Below, piece by piece: positions 8,568-17,242 of a DNA stretch of 64,000 bases; the first letter of the stretch is position 1, and the number at the start of each line of letters is the position of its first letter. The position numbers and the translations under genes are program-made. Source of the stretch: Betaproteobacteria bacterium (lineage in GTDB: Bacteria > Pseudomonadota > Gammaproteobacteria > Burkholderiales > WYBJ01); NCBI GenBank assembly GCA_009377585.1, contig WHTS01000002.1, forward strand, positions 414 to 64,413, in the 5' to 3' direction. Under the pieces are notes generated by a model. The model was given only the letters and a program-made list of their open reading frames with translations, did not search any database and was not told the origin of the DNA.

Positions 8568-10163
8568 TTACTGCGCGAGCCAGACGGTATCGAGCTGCTG
8601 GTTGAGATAGTGGCTCGGCGTGATCGTCCAGCCCTTGACCTTGGCGCTGTGCGGAATGATGCGGTGCCACTGCAGCGTGTAGATCGAATGCACTTCCTCG
8701 TCCAGCAGGCGCTTCTCGAACTGCCGCAGGTACTTCCTGCGCTCCTCGGGACTGGTTGCGCGGGCCTGCTTGAGGTAAAGCTCGTCCATCACTTTGTCTT
8801 TGTGCTTGCCGTAGTTGGCATCCGAAGCGGCCAGGAAGCGCGCGATGTCCAGGTCGGGCTCGACGATGAACCCGCACTGGAAGTCCATCGCCGTCTCGAA
8901 ATCGCCCCGCTTGAGCGTCGAGTAGTACGCAGATGCCTCGACGATTTCCTGCTTCACGTTCAAGCCGATCTGCTTCCATTGATCGATCAACCAGATGCCG
9001 AGCGGCTCGTAGGGTTGCGGTATGCCGCGGTTCTTGAAGGTGAAGGAGAACCCTTCGGGTACGCCCGCTTCCTTGAGCAGCTTGCGCGCTTCGGCGCGCG
9101 CCGCCTTGATGTCCCTGCCATAGCCCGCCAGCTTCTCCAGCTCCTCGGGCGGCGTTGCCCACGGCGTTCCGGGCACCTGGATGCCGGCGACGTCCTGCAC
9201 GATCGCGATCCGCGAGAGGTTCTTCGAAGCGGTGTAGCGATCGAGCGCAAGCGAAAGCGCACGCCGCACCCGCTTGTCGTCGAACGGCTTCTTCTCGTGG
9301 TGCATCGCGACCATCAGCACGCAGTCCCACGGGCTTTCCTGCACCGTGATCTTGTCGCCGAGCGCCTTCACCAGGCTCTCGCGATCAGCCGGCGTGAAGC
9401 CACGGAACTGGATGTGCGCGCGCTCGCCGCGCACGGCTGCAACTTGCGCCGACGACGACTTGATGAACAGCGCCCGGTAGCTGTCCAGGTAGGGCTTGCC
9501 CTTGTTCCAGTAGTTCGGGTTCTTCTTGCCGACCCAGTGCGAGCCCCTGACGTGCTCGCCGAACACGAACGGCCCGGTACCCATGATGTTCTTTTCGTAC
9601 CAGTGCGGGTCCTTCGACAGGATGTCGGCCTTGTAGATGAAGTTCCAGGGCGAAGCCAGGTTCAGCAGAAACGACGACTCCGGCCACTTCAGCTTGAACA
9701 CGATGGTGTGCGCGTCCGGCGTCTCGATCGACTCGACCGAGCCGTACGCCGCGGCGCGCAGCGACTTCACGCCGGCCGGCGGTTTCAGGATCTTGTCGTA
9801 GGACGCCTTCACGTCTTTCGACGTCATGTCCGAGCCGTCGTGGAACTTGACGCCGTGGCGCAGCTTGAAGGTGTAGGTCTTCTGGTCGCTCGATATCGTC
9901 CACGACTCGGCCAGGTCGCCGATCGGCTTGGTGCCGGTCTTGTCGGTCGGATCGGTGCGCAGCAGCGTGTTGTAGTGCGGCGCGACCGGATGGATGACGC
10001 CGAAGGTCTCTTCCTGGTGGGCGTCGTAAGACGGTGGCTCGGACGGAACGGCGAAGATCAGTTCGCCGCCGGACCGCGGTTTATCTTGCGCCATGGCTGG
10101 CCAGACGAGCGCCATGACCATGCCGATTGCCAGCATGAATAGCGTTGGGATGCGATTACGCAT
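8568..10163 (-). CDS. ABC transporter substrate-binding protein, family 5 (DppA/OppA-like)
   Basis: 531 aa with a signal peptide ending PAMAQ and SBP_bac_5-like sequence throughout. AGGAGGAGG SD. Confidence 0.9.
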   Translation of the reverse strand: MRNRIPTLFMLAIGMVMALVWPAMAQDKPRSGGELIFAVPSEPPSYDAHQEETFGVIHPVAPHYNTLLRTDPTDKTGTKPIGDLAESWTISSDQKTYTFKLRHGVKFHDGSDMTSKDVKASYDKILKPPAGVKSLRAAAYGSVESIETPDAHTIVFKLKWPESSFLLNLASPWNFIYKADILSKDPHWYEKNIMGTGPFVFGEHVRGSHWVGKKNPNYWNKGKPYLDSYRALFIKSSSAQVAAVRGERAHIQFRGFTPADRESLVKALGDKITVQESPWDCVLMVAMHHEKKPFDDKRVRRALSLALDRYTASKNLSRIAIVQDVAGIQVPGTPWATPPEELEKLAGYGRDIKAARAEARKLLKEAGVPEGFSFTFKNRGIPQPYEPLGIWLIDQWKQIGLNVKQEIVEASAYYSTLKRGDFETAMDFQCGFIVEPDLDIARFLAASDANYGKHKDKVMDELYLKQARATSPEERRKYLRQFEKRLLDEEVHSIYTLQWHRIIPHSAKVKGWTITPSHYLNQQLDTVWLAQ

Positions 10164-10299
10164 TTGATGCCTCCTCCTGATGGAATGTGCTGCTGTCGAT
10201 CTCGCGCTAGCCGAGCAATCGCGTGCTACGACATTCGCGAGCCCTCTGATCGCTCGTTTGCCACGGCGCCTCCTCCTTTGTCTTGTGTGTGCGTGCGTT

Positions 10300-11316
10300 T
10301 CAAGCCAGATGACAGGCCGCCTCGTGGGCGGAACCGACCGTCCTCAGGTGCGGCACCTCGCGCTTGCAGCGCTCGATCGCCATCGGACAGCGAGGATGGA
10401 ATACGCAGCCCGACGGCGGATTGAGCGGGCTCGGCACTTCGCCGGTGAGCACCTGGCGCTCGCGCGTCGCCTCAAGCTGCGGATCGGGGATCGGCACGGC
10501 CGAGAGCAGCGCGCGGGTATAGGGATGCGCCGGTGCTTCGTACAGATCGCGCCGGCTCGCGAGCTCCACGATCTTGCCCAGGTACATCACCGCGATGCGA
10601 TCCGAAATGTGCCGCACCACCGCCAGATCGTGCGCCACGAACAGGTACGACAAGCCGAAATCCGCCTGCAGCTCGTCCAGCAGGTTGATGATCTGCGCCT
10701 GGATCGAAACGTCGAGCGCCGAAACCGGCTCGTCGCAGATGATGAGGCTCGGCTGCATCGCCAGCGCGCGCGCCACGCCGACCCGCTGGCGCTGGCCGCC
10801 GGAAAGCTCGTGCGGATAGCGGTACGCATGCTGCGCCAGCAGGCCGACGCGAACGAGGAGGCTGCGCACCCGTTCCGTGCGCGCACCCGGGTCACGCTCG
10901 AGGCCGTGCACGGCGATCGGTTCGGCGATGATCTGTCCCACGGTCATGCGCGGATTGAGCGAGCTGTACGGATCCTGGAAGATGACCTGGATGCGGTTGC
11001 GCACCTTGCGCAGCTCGGTCGCCTCCATGCCGACCAGGCTGCGGCCCTCGAAGATCACGTCGCCGCCGGTCGGTTTTTCCAGCTGCAGCACGCAGCGCCC
11101 GGTGGTGGTCTTGCCGCAGCCCGATTCGCCCACGAGCCCGAGCGTTTCCCCGCGCCCGAGTTTGAAGCTCACGCCGTCGACGGCGCGAACCAGCCCCGGC
11201 GAACCGAACAATCCGCGCCCGACGCGGAAGTGCATGACGAGGTTGCGGACCTCGAGCAGCGTCTCGGCCGAGCTCGCCTCGGGCGCCTCGTTCGCGTTTG
11301 CTGCGACGGCGCTCAC
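10300..11316 (-). CDS. ABC transporter ATP-binding protein (DppF/OppF-like)
   Basis: 338 aa with Walker [10 protein letters not shown], signature LSGGQRQR, Walker B LIICDE and an oligopeptide C-terminal domain. GTG start with GGAGG SD. Confidence 0.9.
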   Translation of the reverse strand: MSAVAANANEAPEASSAETLLEVRNLVMHFRVGRGLFGSPGLVRAVDGVSFKLGRGETLGLVGESGCGKTTTGRCVLQLEKPTGGDVIFEGRSLVGMEATELRKVRNRIQVIFQDPYSSLNPRMTVGQIIAEPIAVHGLERDPGARTERVRSLLVRVGLLAQHAYRYPHELSGGQRQRVGVARALAMQPSLIICDEPVSALDVSIQAQIINLLDELQADFGLSYLFVAHDLAVVRHISDRIAVMYLGKIVELASRRDLYEAPAHPYTRALLSAVPIPDPQLEATRERQVLTGEVPSPLNPPSGCVFHPRCPMAIERCKREVPHLRTVGSAHEAACHLA

Positions 11317-11357
11317 GGCGCCGCCTCCGACGCGTTACCCTCGCCCGGTAAGCTCAT
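11313..11357 (-). other. 14-codon upstream mini-ORF ([14 protein letters not shown]) whose TGA overlaps the GTG start of the downstream ATPase gene
   Basis: Derived by hand: GGAGG, then 7 nt, then ATG at 11357. The stop at 11315-11313 overlaps GTG 11316-11314. The mini-ORF was created by a local duplication of the ATPase-ATPase junction, and its translation is unproven. Confidence 0.3.
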
Positions 11358-11406
11358 GTCGCCGCCTCCGACCCGTCGGGGCAGACCAAGCGCCAAGCCG
11401 GTAAGC

Positions 11407-12402
11407 TCATGTCGCTACCGCTTCGCCCAAGCGCTCGGCCACCCAGCACGCACTCATGTGCCACTCGCCGGCCAGCGCCGCGAGTGGAGGAGCGGCCTGG
11501 TCGCAGCGCTCTTCGCGGTAGCGGCAGCGCGGCGCGAACGAGCACCCCTGCGGCAGGCGCGTGAGGTCCGGCGGCTGGCCTTCGATCGGCGCAAGCTTCG
11601 ATCGGCGCGGTTCGTCGAGCCGAGGCACCGAGCGCAACAGCCCCTCGGTGTAGGGATGGCGCGGATGGGCGTATAGCTCGCGCGCGCTGGCGCGTTCGAT
11701 GATCTTGCCGGCATACATCACGTTCACGCGGTCCGCATAGCGCGCCACCACGCCGAGATTGTGCGTGATGATCAGCATCGCGACGCCGAGCTTGCGGGAA
11801 AGGGACTGCATCAGCTCCAGGATCTGAGCCTGGATCGTGACGTCGAGCGCCGTGGTGGGCTCGTCCGCGAGAATCAGCGGCGGCTCGCAGGCCAGCGCCA
11901 TGGCGATCATCATGCGCTGGCGCATGCCGCCGCTGAACTGATGCGGATACTGGCTCAGGCGCCGCTGCGCATCCGGAATGCCGACCAGGCCGAGCAGCTC
12001 CACTGCGCGCGTACGCGCTGCCGTCGGCGTCATGCCCAGGTGGATCTCCAGCCCTTCGGTCAGTTGCCGGCCGACGGTCAGGACGGGATTGAGCGAGGTC
12101 ATCGGCTCCTGGAAGATCATGCCGATCTCGCGGCCGCGCACCTTTCGCATCTGCTCCTCGGTCAGAGCGAGGAGGTCGCGGCCCTTGAACATCACGCTGC
12201 CCGACACGATGCGCCCGGCCGGTTCGGCGATCAGGCGCATGATCGAGAGCGCACTGGCGCTCTTGCCGCATCCCGACTCGCCCACCAAGGCGACCGTCTC
12301 GCCTGCCTCGACATCCCAACTCACGCCGTCGACTGCCTTCACGATGCCGGACCGGGTGGAGAACTGGGTCACCAGCGAGGAAACCGAGAGCAGTGTTGCC
12401 AT
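11407..12402 (-). CDS. ABC transporter ATP-binding protein (DppD/OppD-like)
   Basis: 331 aa with Walker A GESGCGKS, signature FSGGMRQR and Walker [12 protein letters not shown]. Confidence 0.9.
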   Translation of the reverse strand: MATLLSVSSLVTQFSTRSGIVKAVDGVSWDVEAGETVALVGESGCGKSASALSIMRLIAEPAGRIVSGSVMFKGRDLLALTEEQMRKVRGREIGMIFQEPMTSLNPVLTVGRQLTEGLEIHLGMTPTAARTRAVELLGLVGIPDAQRRLSQYPHQFSGGMRQRMMIAMALACEPPLILADEPTTALDVTIQAQILELMQSLSRKLGVAMLIITHNLGVVARYADRVNVMYAGKIIERASARELYAHPRHPYTEGLLRSVPRLDEPRRSKLAPIEGQPPDLTRLPQGCSFAPRCRYREERCDQAAPPLAALAGEWHMSACWVAERLGEAVAT

Positions 12403-12682
12403 GAGCTAGGCGAATCCGGTGGATTTAGGCGGTGGGTATGCTGCCTTCATGGACGCAGTTTATCGTTCCAGCCAATGGAAACGATACCGGAAGAACACGC
12501 ACGGACGCTACCGGATCCGGCAACTTTCGTCGCCGCAGTGCACCATCAGCGGGTCGCCGCACGGGCTGGTGCCGATACGGCAACGCTGCCGTCTGCCGGC
12601 AGGTCAACCGGCTGATCGCGGCGTGGCCTGCAAGAAGCAAGACCCACGGCGGCCAGACTGATCGCGGTGGAGCCTGCAAGAG

Positions 12683-14617
12683 TCAAGACTTGACCCCCAA
12701 GGCAGCAGCGACCGCGGCAGTAGCGGCCACGGCAGCGCGGATCTGATCAATGCCGGCGGAATCATCCAACGTGGTCAGATCGCCGGGGTCGCGGCCCTCG
12801 GCCAGTGCCTGGATGCTGCGCCGCAGGACCTTGCCCGAACGCGTCTTGGGCAGCAGCGTCACGAAGTGCACGCGCGCCGGGCGTCCGATCGCACCGATCT
12901 GCTTGTCGACGAGCTCGATCACTTCGCGCTCCAGGGTATTGCGCGCGCGTTCATCGGCAAGTCGCGATGCGTCCTTGGCGACTGCGAACGCAAGCGGCAC
13001 CTGCCCTTTCACCGCATCCTGCACGCCGACCACCGCGGCTTCCGCGATGTTGGCATGTGCGCACACGGCCTCTTCGATCTCGCGCGTCCCGAGCCGGTGC
13101 CCGGCCACGTTGATCACGTCGTCGGTGCGCCCGAGGATGAAGTAGTAGCCGTCGCGGTCGCGAATCCCCCAGTCGAACGTGGAGTAGGCCTGCTTGTCGG
13201 GAAAGCTGCTGAAGTAAGTCTCGACGAAGCGCTCGTCCTGCCCCCACACCGTGGAGAGGCAGCCAGGCGGCAGCGGCGGCACCAGCGCGACCACGCCCTT
13301 CTCGTTGTCGGCGACCTCCGCGCCGGTGACCTCATGCAGCAGGCGCAGATCGTAGCCGTAGGCCGGGAAGCTGGGGCTGCCGAGCTTCAGTGGCATCGGC
13401 TCCACGCCCGGATAGGCGGACAGAATCGCCCAGCCGGTTTCGGTCTGCCAGTAATGGTCGATCACCGGCCGGCCGAGCGCATCCGAAATCCAGCGCGCGG
13501 TCGGCTCGTCGAGCGGCTCGCCAGCGAGGAACAGGTGCTTGAGCGAGCGCAAGTCGTGCTTGCGCAGATACGCCGGATCGTGCTTTTTCAGTACCCGGAT
13601 CGCGGTCGGCGCCGAGAACATGACCGATACCTGGTGCTGCTCGACGATTTTCCACCAGATGCCCGCATCCGGACGGATCGGCACGCCTTCGTACACGACC
13701 GTGGCCATGCCGGCGACGAGCGGCCCGTAGACGATATAGGAGTGGCCGACGACCCAGCCGATATCCGAGGTCGCGAAGTAGGTCTCGCCCGGTTCGCCGC
13801 AGTAGATATGCTTCATCGATGCGGCCAGCGCGACGGCGTAGCCGCCCGTGTCGCGCTGCACGCCCTTGGGCGTGCCGGTGGTGCCGGACGTGTACAGGAT
13901 GTACGAAGGTTCGTTCGATTCGAGCCAGGCGACCGGCACCCGTGCACCCGCATGCGCGCCGCGCAACGTCGCGAAGTCGAGGTCACGGCCCTCGATGCGC
14001 TGCCCGCTTCGATCCAATCCCCGATCCAGGATCACCACCTTGGCCGGCGGATGTTGCGCGAGTCGCAACGCCTCGTCGACCAGCGGTTTGTACGCGATGG
14101 TCTTGCCCATGCGCATGCCGGCATCGGCCGTGATCATCACCGCCGGGCGCGCATCGTCGATGCGCGCGGCCAGGCTGTGGGAGGCGAAGCCGCCGAAGAC
14201 CACCGAATGGATCGCCCCGATGCGCACGGTGGCGAGCATCGCGAAAAGCGCCTCGGGCACCATCGGCATGTAGATGAGCACGCGCTCGCCCCGGCGCACG
14301 CCCAGCGCTTGCAGCATGGCGGCACAAGCATTCACCTCCTCGTACAGCTCGGCGAAGGTATACGTGCGCTCGGCCCCGGTTTCGGTCGAGATGTAGATGA
14401 TGGCGGGCTGGTTCGCCCGCGCCGCCAAGTGACGATCGACCGCGTTGTGGCAGAGATTGGTCGCGCCGCCCGGGAACCAGCGTGCAAACGGCGGCCGGCC
14501 ATAGTCCAGCACCCGATCGAACGGCCGCTGCCATTCGATCAGGGCCGCCTGTTCGCGCCAGAAACCATCACGGTCCTCGAGCGAGCGGCGATGGAAGTCG
14601 CGGTAGCTCTCTGCCAT
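12683..14617 (-). CDS. prpE: Propionate-CoA ligase (acyl-CoA synthetase, PrpE-like)
   Basis: The AMP-binding motif YTSGTTGTPKG is present. The N-terminus YRDFHRRSLEDRDGFWREQA and the C-terminus LPKTRSGKVLRRSIQALAEGRDPGDLTTLDD closely resemble E. coli PrpE as I recall it. Start placed at ATG 14617 behind the (GAG)6 run. Confidence 0.85.
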   Translation of the reverse strand: MAESYRDFHRRSLEDRDGFWREQAALIEWQRPFDRVLDYGRPPFARWFPGGATNLCHNAVDRHLAARANQPAIIYISTETGAERTYTFAELYEEVNACAAMLQALGVRRGERVLIYMPMVPEALFAMLATVRIGAIHSVVFGGFASHSLAARIDDARPAVMITADAGMRMGKTIAYKPLVDEALRLAQHPPAKVVILDRGLDRSGQRIEGRDLDFATLRGAHAGARVPVAWLESNEPSYILYTSGTTGTPKGVQRDTGGYAVALAASMKHIYCGEPGETYFATSDIGWVVGHSYIVYGPLVAGMATVVYEGVPIRPDAGIWWKIVEQHQVSVMFSAPTAIRVLKKHDPAYLRKHDLRSLKHLFLAGEPLDEPTARWISDALGRPVIDHYWQTETGWAILSAYPGVEPMPLKLGSPSFPAYGYDLRLLHEVTGAEVADNEKGVVALVPPLPPGCLSTVWGQDERFVETYFSSFPDKQAYSTFDWGIRDRDGYYFILGRTDDVINVAGHRLGTREIEEAVCAHANIAEAAVVGVQDAVKGQVPLAFAVAKDASRLADERARNTLEREVIELVDKQIGAIGRPARVHFVTLLPKTRSGKVLRRSIQALAEGRDPGDLTTLDDSAGIDQIRAAVAATAAVAAALGVKS

Positions 14618-14620
14618 GGT

Positions 14621-14638
14621 CTCCTCCTCCTCCTCCTC
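14621..14638 (-). repeat. (GAG)6 trinucleotide run forming a reiterated Shine-Dalgarno directly upstream of prpE
   Basis: The plus strand reads CTCCTCCTCCTCCTCCTC at 14621-14638, 3 nt from the ATG. Confidence 0.9.
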
Positions 14639-14691
14639 GATTGGCGCACTTTGCACTCCACTGCCCCTCTGGAAGAGCGGTAGGCGCTATT

Positions 14692-14900
14692 CCCTCACCC
14701 TCGATCCCTCTCCCGGAGGGAGAGGGAAGGCAGGCAATCCTCCGTTCTGTTTTGGGAGGTCTCCATCGGGTTCCGGGAAGTCTCCATCGGGTTGGGAAGT
14801 CTCCATCGGGTTGGGAAGTCTCCATCGGGTTCCGGGAAGGCCCCCTTCTTTTCTCGGAAAGACGCCCCTCTCCCTCCGGGAGAGGGGCCGGGGGTGAGGG
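14692..14900. repeat. MITE-like composite: two inverted REP-A copies flanking a tandem-repeat core
   Basis: Left arm 14692-14726 is CCCTCACCC plus hairpin. Right arm 14865-14900 is hairpin plus GGGGTGAGGG, the inverse orientation. It lies in the 302-bp acuI-prpE spacer. Confidence 0.75.
14756..14840. repeat. Tandem repeat, 19-21 bp x 4 (GAAGTCTCCATCGGGTT[CC]GG)
   Basis: Units read directly at 14756, 14777, 14796 and 14815, plus a partial fifth unit. Confidence 0.9.
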
Positions 14901-14919
14901 AAAAACGCTGCCGCTACTA

Positions 14920-15909
14920 TTACTCGAACGCCACCACCGCGCGCCCGCGGATGCGTCCCGCGAGCATCTCGCCACAGTACGCCGGCACATCAGCGAGCGC
15001 AATCCGGTGCGCAATGGTCTCCAGATGCTGCGGCCTCAGATCCGTAGCCAACCGCTCCCAAACTTTGCGCCGCAGCGGCATGGGCGTGTAGCCGCTGTCG
15101 ACCCCGAGCAGGCGCACGCCGCGCAGGATGAATGGAAGCACCGTGGTCTTGAGCTCGATGCCGCCGGCATTGCCGAACGATGCAATCACGCCGTTCTGCT
15201 GCATCGTGCGCGTGAGCCAGCCGAGCTGCTCGCCGCCGACCGAGTCGAAGGCACCGGCCCAGAGCGGCTTCTCCAGCGCTCGGGTGCCGAGCTCGACCGT
15301 GTTGCGATCTTGCACTTCGGCTGCACCGAGCGATTGCAGATAAGCGGCCTCGGCTGCCTTGCCGGTCAGCGCCGTTACCGCGTAGCCGAGCCTGGAAAGC
15401 ATGTCGATGCAAAGGCTCGCCACGCCACCGGTCGCGCCGTTCACGAGGATTTTGCCGCGCGCGGGCGTCAGATCGTTCTTCTCGGCCAGCTCGATGGCGA
15501 GGCCCGCGGTATAGCCCGCGGTGCCGAGCGCCATCGATTCGTACAGGCTGAGCCCCGCGGGAAGCGGAACGACCCAATCCGCCTTGGCGCGCACGTACTG
15601 CGCGAAACCACCGTCGTGGGCGACGCCCAGATCGTAGCTGGTCGCGATCACGGCGTCGCCCGACTTGAAACGGGCATCGCTCGATTCGACCACGGTGCCG
15701 GCGGAATCGATGCCCGCAGTACACGGAAAACGCCGGATCACCTTGCCGGCGCCAGTAACGGCAAGCGCATCCTTGTAGTTGACGCTGGAGCAGGCGGTCT
15801 TGATCACGACTTCTCCCGCGTCGAGCTCGGATAGCGAGGTCTCGACCACGCGCGCGACCGACTTGCCGCCCTCGTCGAATACGCGCAATGCCTGGAACTT
15901 GTCACTCAT
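14920..15909 (-). CDS. acuI: Acrylyl-CoA reductase AcuI/YhdH-type NADPH-dependent MDR oxidoreductase
   Basis: 329 aa with SSVNYKDALAVTGAGKVIRRFPCTAGIDSAGTV, GATGGVAS and PFILRGVRLLGVDS. It closely parallels E. coli YhdH as I recall it. Confidence 0.75.
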   Translation of the reverse strand: MSDKFQALRVFDEGGKSVARVVETSLSELDAGEVVIKTACSSVNYKDALAVTGAGKVIRRFPCTAGIDSAGTVVESSDARFKSGDAVIATSYDLGVAHDGGFAQYVRAKADWVVPLPAGLSLYESMALGTAGYTAGLAIELAEKNDLTPARGKILVNGATGGVASLCIDMLSRLGYAVTALTGKAAEAAYLQSLGAAEVQDRNTVELGTRALEKPLWAGAFDSVGGEQLGWLTRTMQQNGVIASFGNAGGIELKTTVLPFILRGVRLLGVDSGYTPMPLRRKVWERLATDLRPQHLETIAHRIALADVPAYCGEMLAGRIRGRAVVAFE

Positions 15910-15981
15910 GGGTATCGCTCCGGTCGTTGCTTACAGGCCGATGATAATCCGGCCGCGGCGGGGCGCTCGGGACCACCCGTC

Positions 15982-16020
15982 CGCAACCCTGTTGCGTCCC
16001 GCCCTCCTTGTCAGGAGGGC
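15982..16020 (-). terminator. Two stacked hairpins just downstream of zapE (CGCAAC-cct-GTTGCG and GCCCTCC-ttgtca-GGAGGGC, the latter REP-B type)
   Basis: Read directly. They start 5 nt past the zapE stop and no clear U-tract follows. Confidence 0.45.
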
Positions 16021-16024
16021 AGAT

Positions 16025-17182
16025 TCAACCCAGGTGCGGCAGCGCGAGGTACTCGTGTGTCTGCATCTCGATCAGCCGGCTCACGGTGCGGTCGACGAAC
16101 GAGGCATTCAGGTTGCGGAGGAACGCGTCGCCCGAGTCGGCGACCGCGAACAGCGCATTCACGGGCGCTGCGGCGGAAAGGACGAGCTTCACCCGCCGGT
16201 CGTAGAACTCGTCCACCAGCCAGGTGAAACGGCGCGCGGCATCGAGCTTCGACGGGCGCAGTTGCGGCACGTTCGACAGCAACACGGTATGGAATCGGCG
16301 CGCAAGCTCGATGTAGTCCGCCTGCCCGCGCGGCCCTTCGCACAACTCGGCGAACTCGAACCAGGCGACGCCCGCGGCGACGCGGTGCGCCCGGATCGTG
16401 CGCTTCTCGATGTCGAGGGCGACGCCGGTTTCCGTCTCACCCGATGCAATGGAATCGAATTCGCGTGCGAGCTTTGCTTCTGCCTGCGGGCCCGACGGGC
16501 AGTGGTACACCCCGGCCTGCTCCAGCAACCGCAGCCGGTAATCGATTCCGGAATCGATGTGCATCACGTCCAGGTTCTGTTTGATGAGCGCGATGGCCGG
16601 CACGAACTGTTCGCGCTGCAGCCCGTGTTTGTACAAGTCGTCCGGGTGCAGATTGGAGGTCGTCACCAGCACCACACCCTGCTCGAACAGGCCCTCCAGC
16701 AGGCGGCGCATCAGCATCGCATCGGTGATGTCGGTTACCTGGAGCTCGTCCAGGCACAGCAGGCGGGCTTCTTGAGCGAGATCGCGCGCGACCTGGATCA
16801 GCGGATCTTCCTGTCCTTGCAGATCGCGCATGCGGTGATGCACGTCCTGCATGAAGCGATGGAAGTGTGCCCGCCGCTTGTCCTGCAGCGGCGCGCAATC
16901 GAAGAAGGCGTCCATGAGAAAGCTCTTGCCGCGGCCCACGCCGCCCCACAGGTAGAGCCCGCGGACGACACGGCGGCGGGCGAGCAGACGCACCAGCCAG
17001 GAGTCCATGCGCCCGAGCCCGAGCAGGTCTTCGTACAGGCGCTCGAAGTGCTCCAGAGCCTGCTCCTGGGCCGCATCCAGGACGATGCCGTGGCGTTGCG
17101 CGTACTGGCGCAGCCAGGTCGCGGCGCTACCGCCGTCCGGTCGTGCGGGAATGCCGGCCGGGCCGGGACTGTCTTCGTTCAT
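16025..17182 (-). CDS. zapE: Cell division protein ZapE (AFG1-like ATPase)
   Basis: 385 aa with Walker A GGVGRGKSFLMD, Walker B LLCLDELQVTD and an AFG1 family layout. Its position after lpdA is commonly conserved. Confidence 0.85.
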   Translation of the reverse strand: MNEDSPGPAGIPARPDGGSAATWLRQYAQRHGIVLDAAQEQALEHFERLYEDLLGLGRMDSWLVRLLARRRVVRGLYLWGGVGRGKSFLMDAFFDCAPLQDKRRAHFHRFMQDVHHRMRDLQGQEDPLIQVARDLAQEARLLCLDELQVTDITDAMLMRRLLEGLFEQGVVLVTTSNLHPDDLYKHGLQREQFVPAIALIKQNLDVMHIDSGIDYRLRLLEQAGVYHCPSGPQAEAKLAREFDSIASGETETGVALDIEKRTIRAHRVAAGVAWFEFAELCEGPRGQADYIELARRFHTVLLSNVPQLRPSKLDAARRFTWLVDEFYDRRVKLVLSAAAPVNALFAVADSGDAFLRNLNASFVDRTVSRLIEMQTHEYLALPHLG

Positions 17183-17242
17183 GGATGGCGATCAGTGCGC
17201 ACGAGCAAGGATCGCGGAAGCTTCATCGAGACCGTACGCCCT

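Noticed and set aside
7530-10142. 870-aa plus-strand ORF covering the permease and binding-protein region
   Set aside because: It is antisense to two well-supported ABC transporter genes. Its translation is R/H/D/G/L-rich low-complexity sequence typical of off-frame ORFs in high-GC DNA, with no recognisable motif and no SD.
14618-14656. N-terminal extension of PrpE (MQSAPIEEEEEET) suggested by the ORF track
   Set aside because: The poly-E is the translation of a (GAG)6 run that is better explained as the SD region for the ATG at 14617. PrpE homologs as I recall them begin near MxxYxxF.
14756-14840. Tandem repeats (also 20134-20224, 46878-46990, 54617-54675) considered as a possible CRISPR array
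   Set aside because: The units abut one another with no unique spacers. Periods of 19-39 bp and copy numbers of 3-4 do not fit CRISPR architecture, and no cas genes are present.
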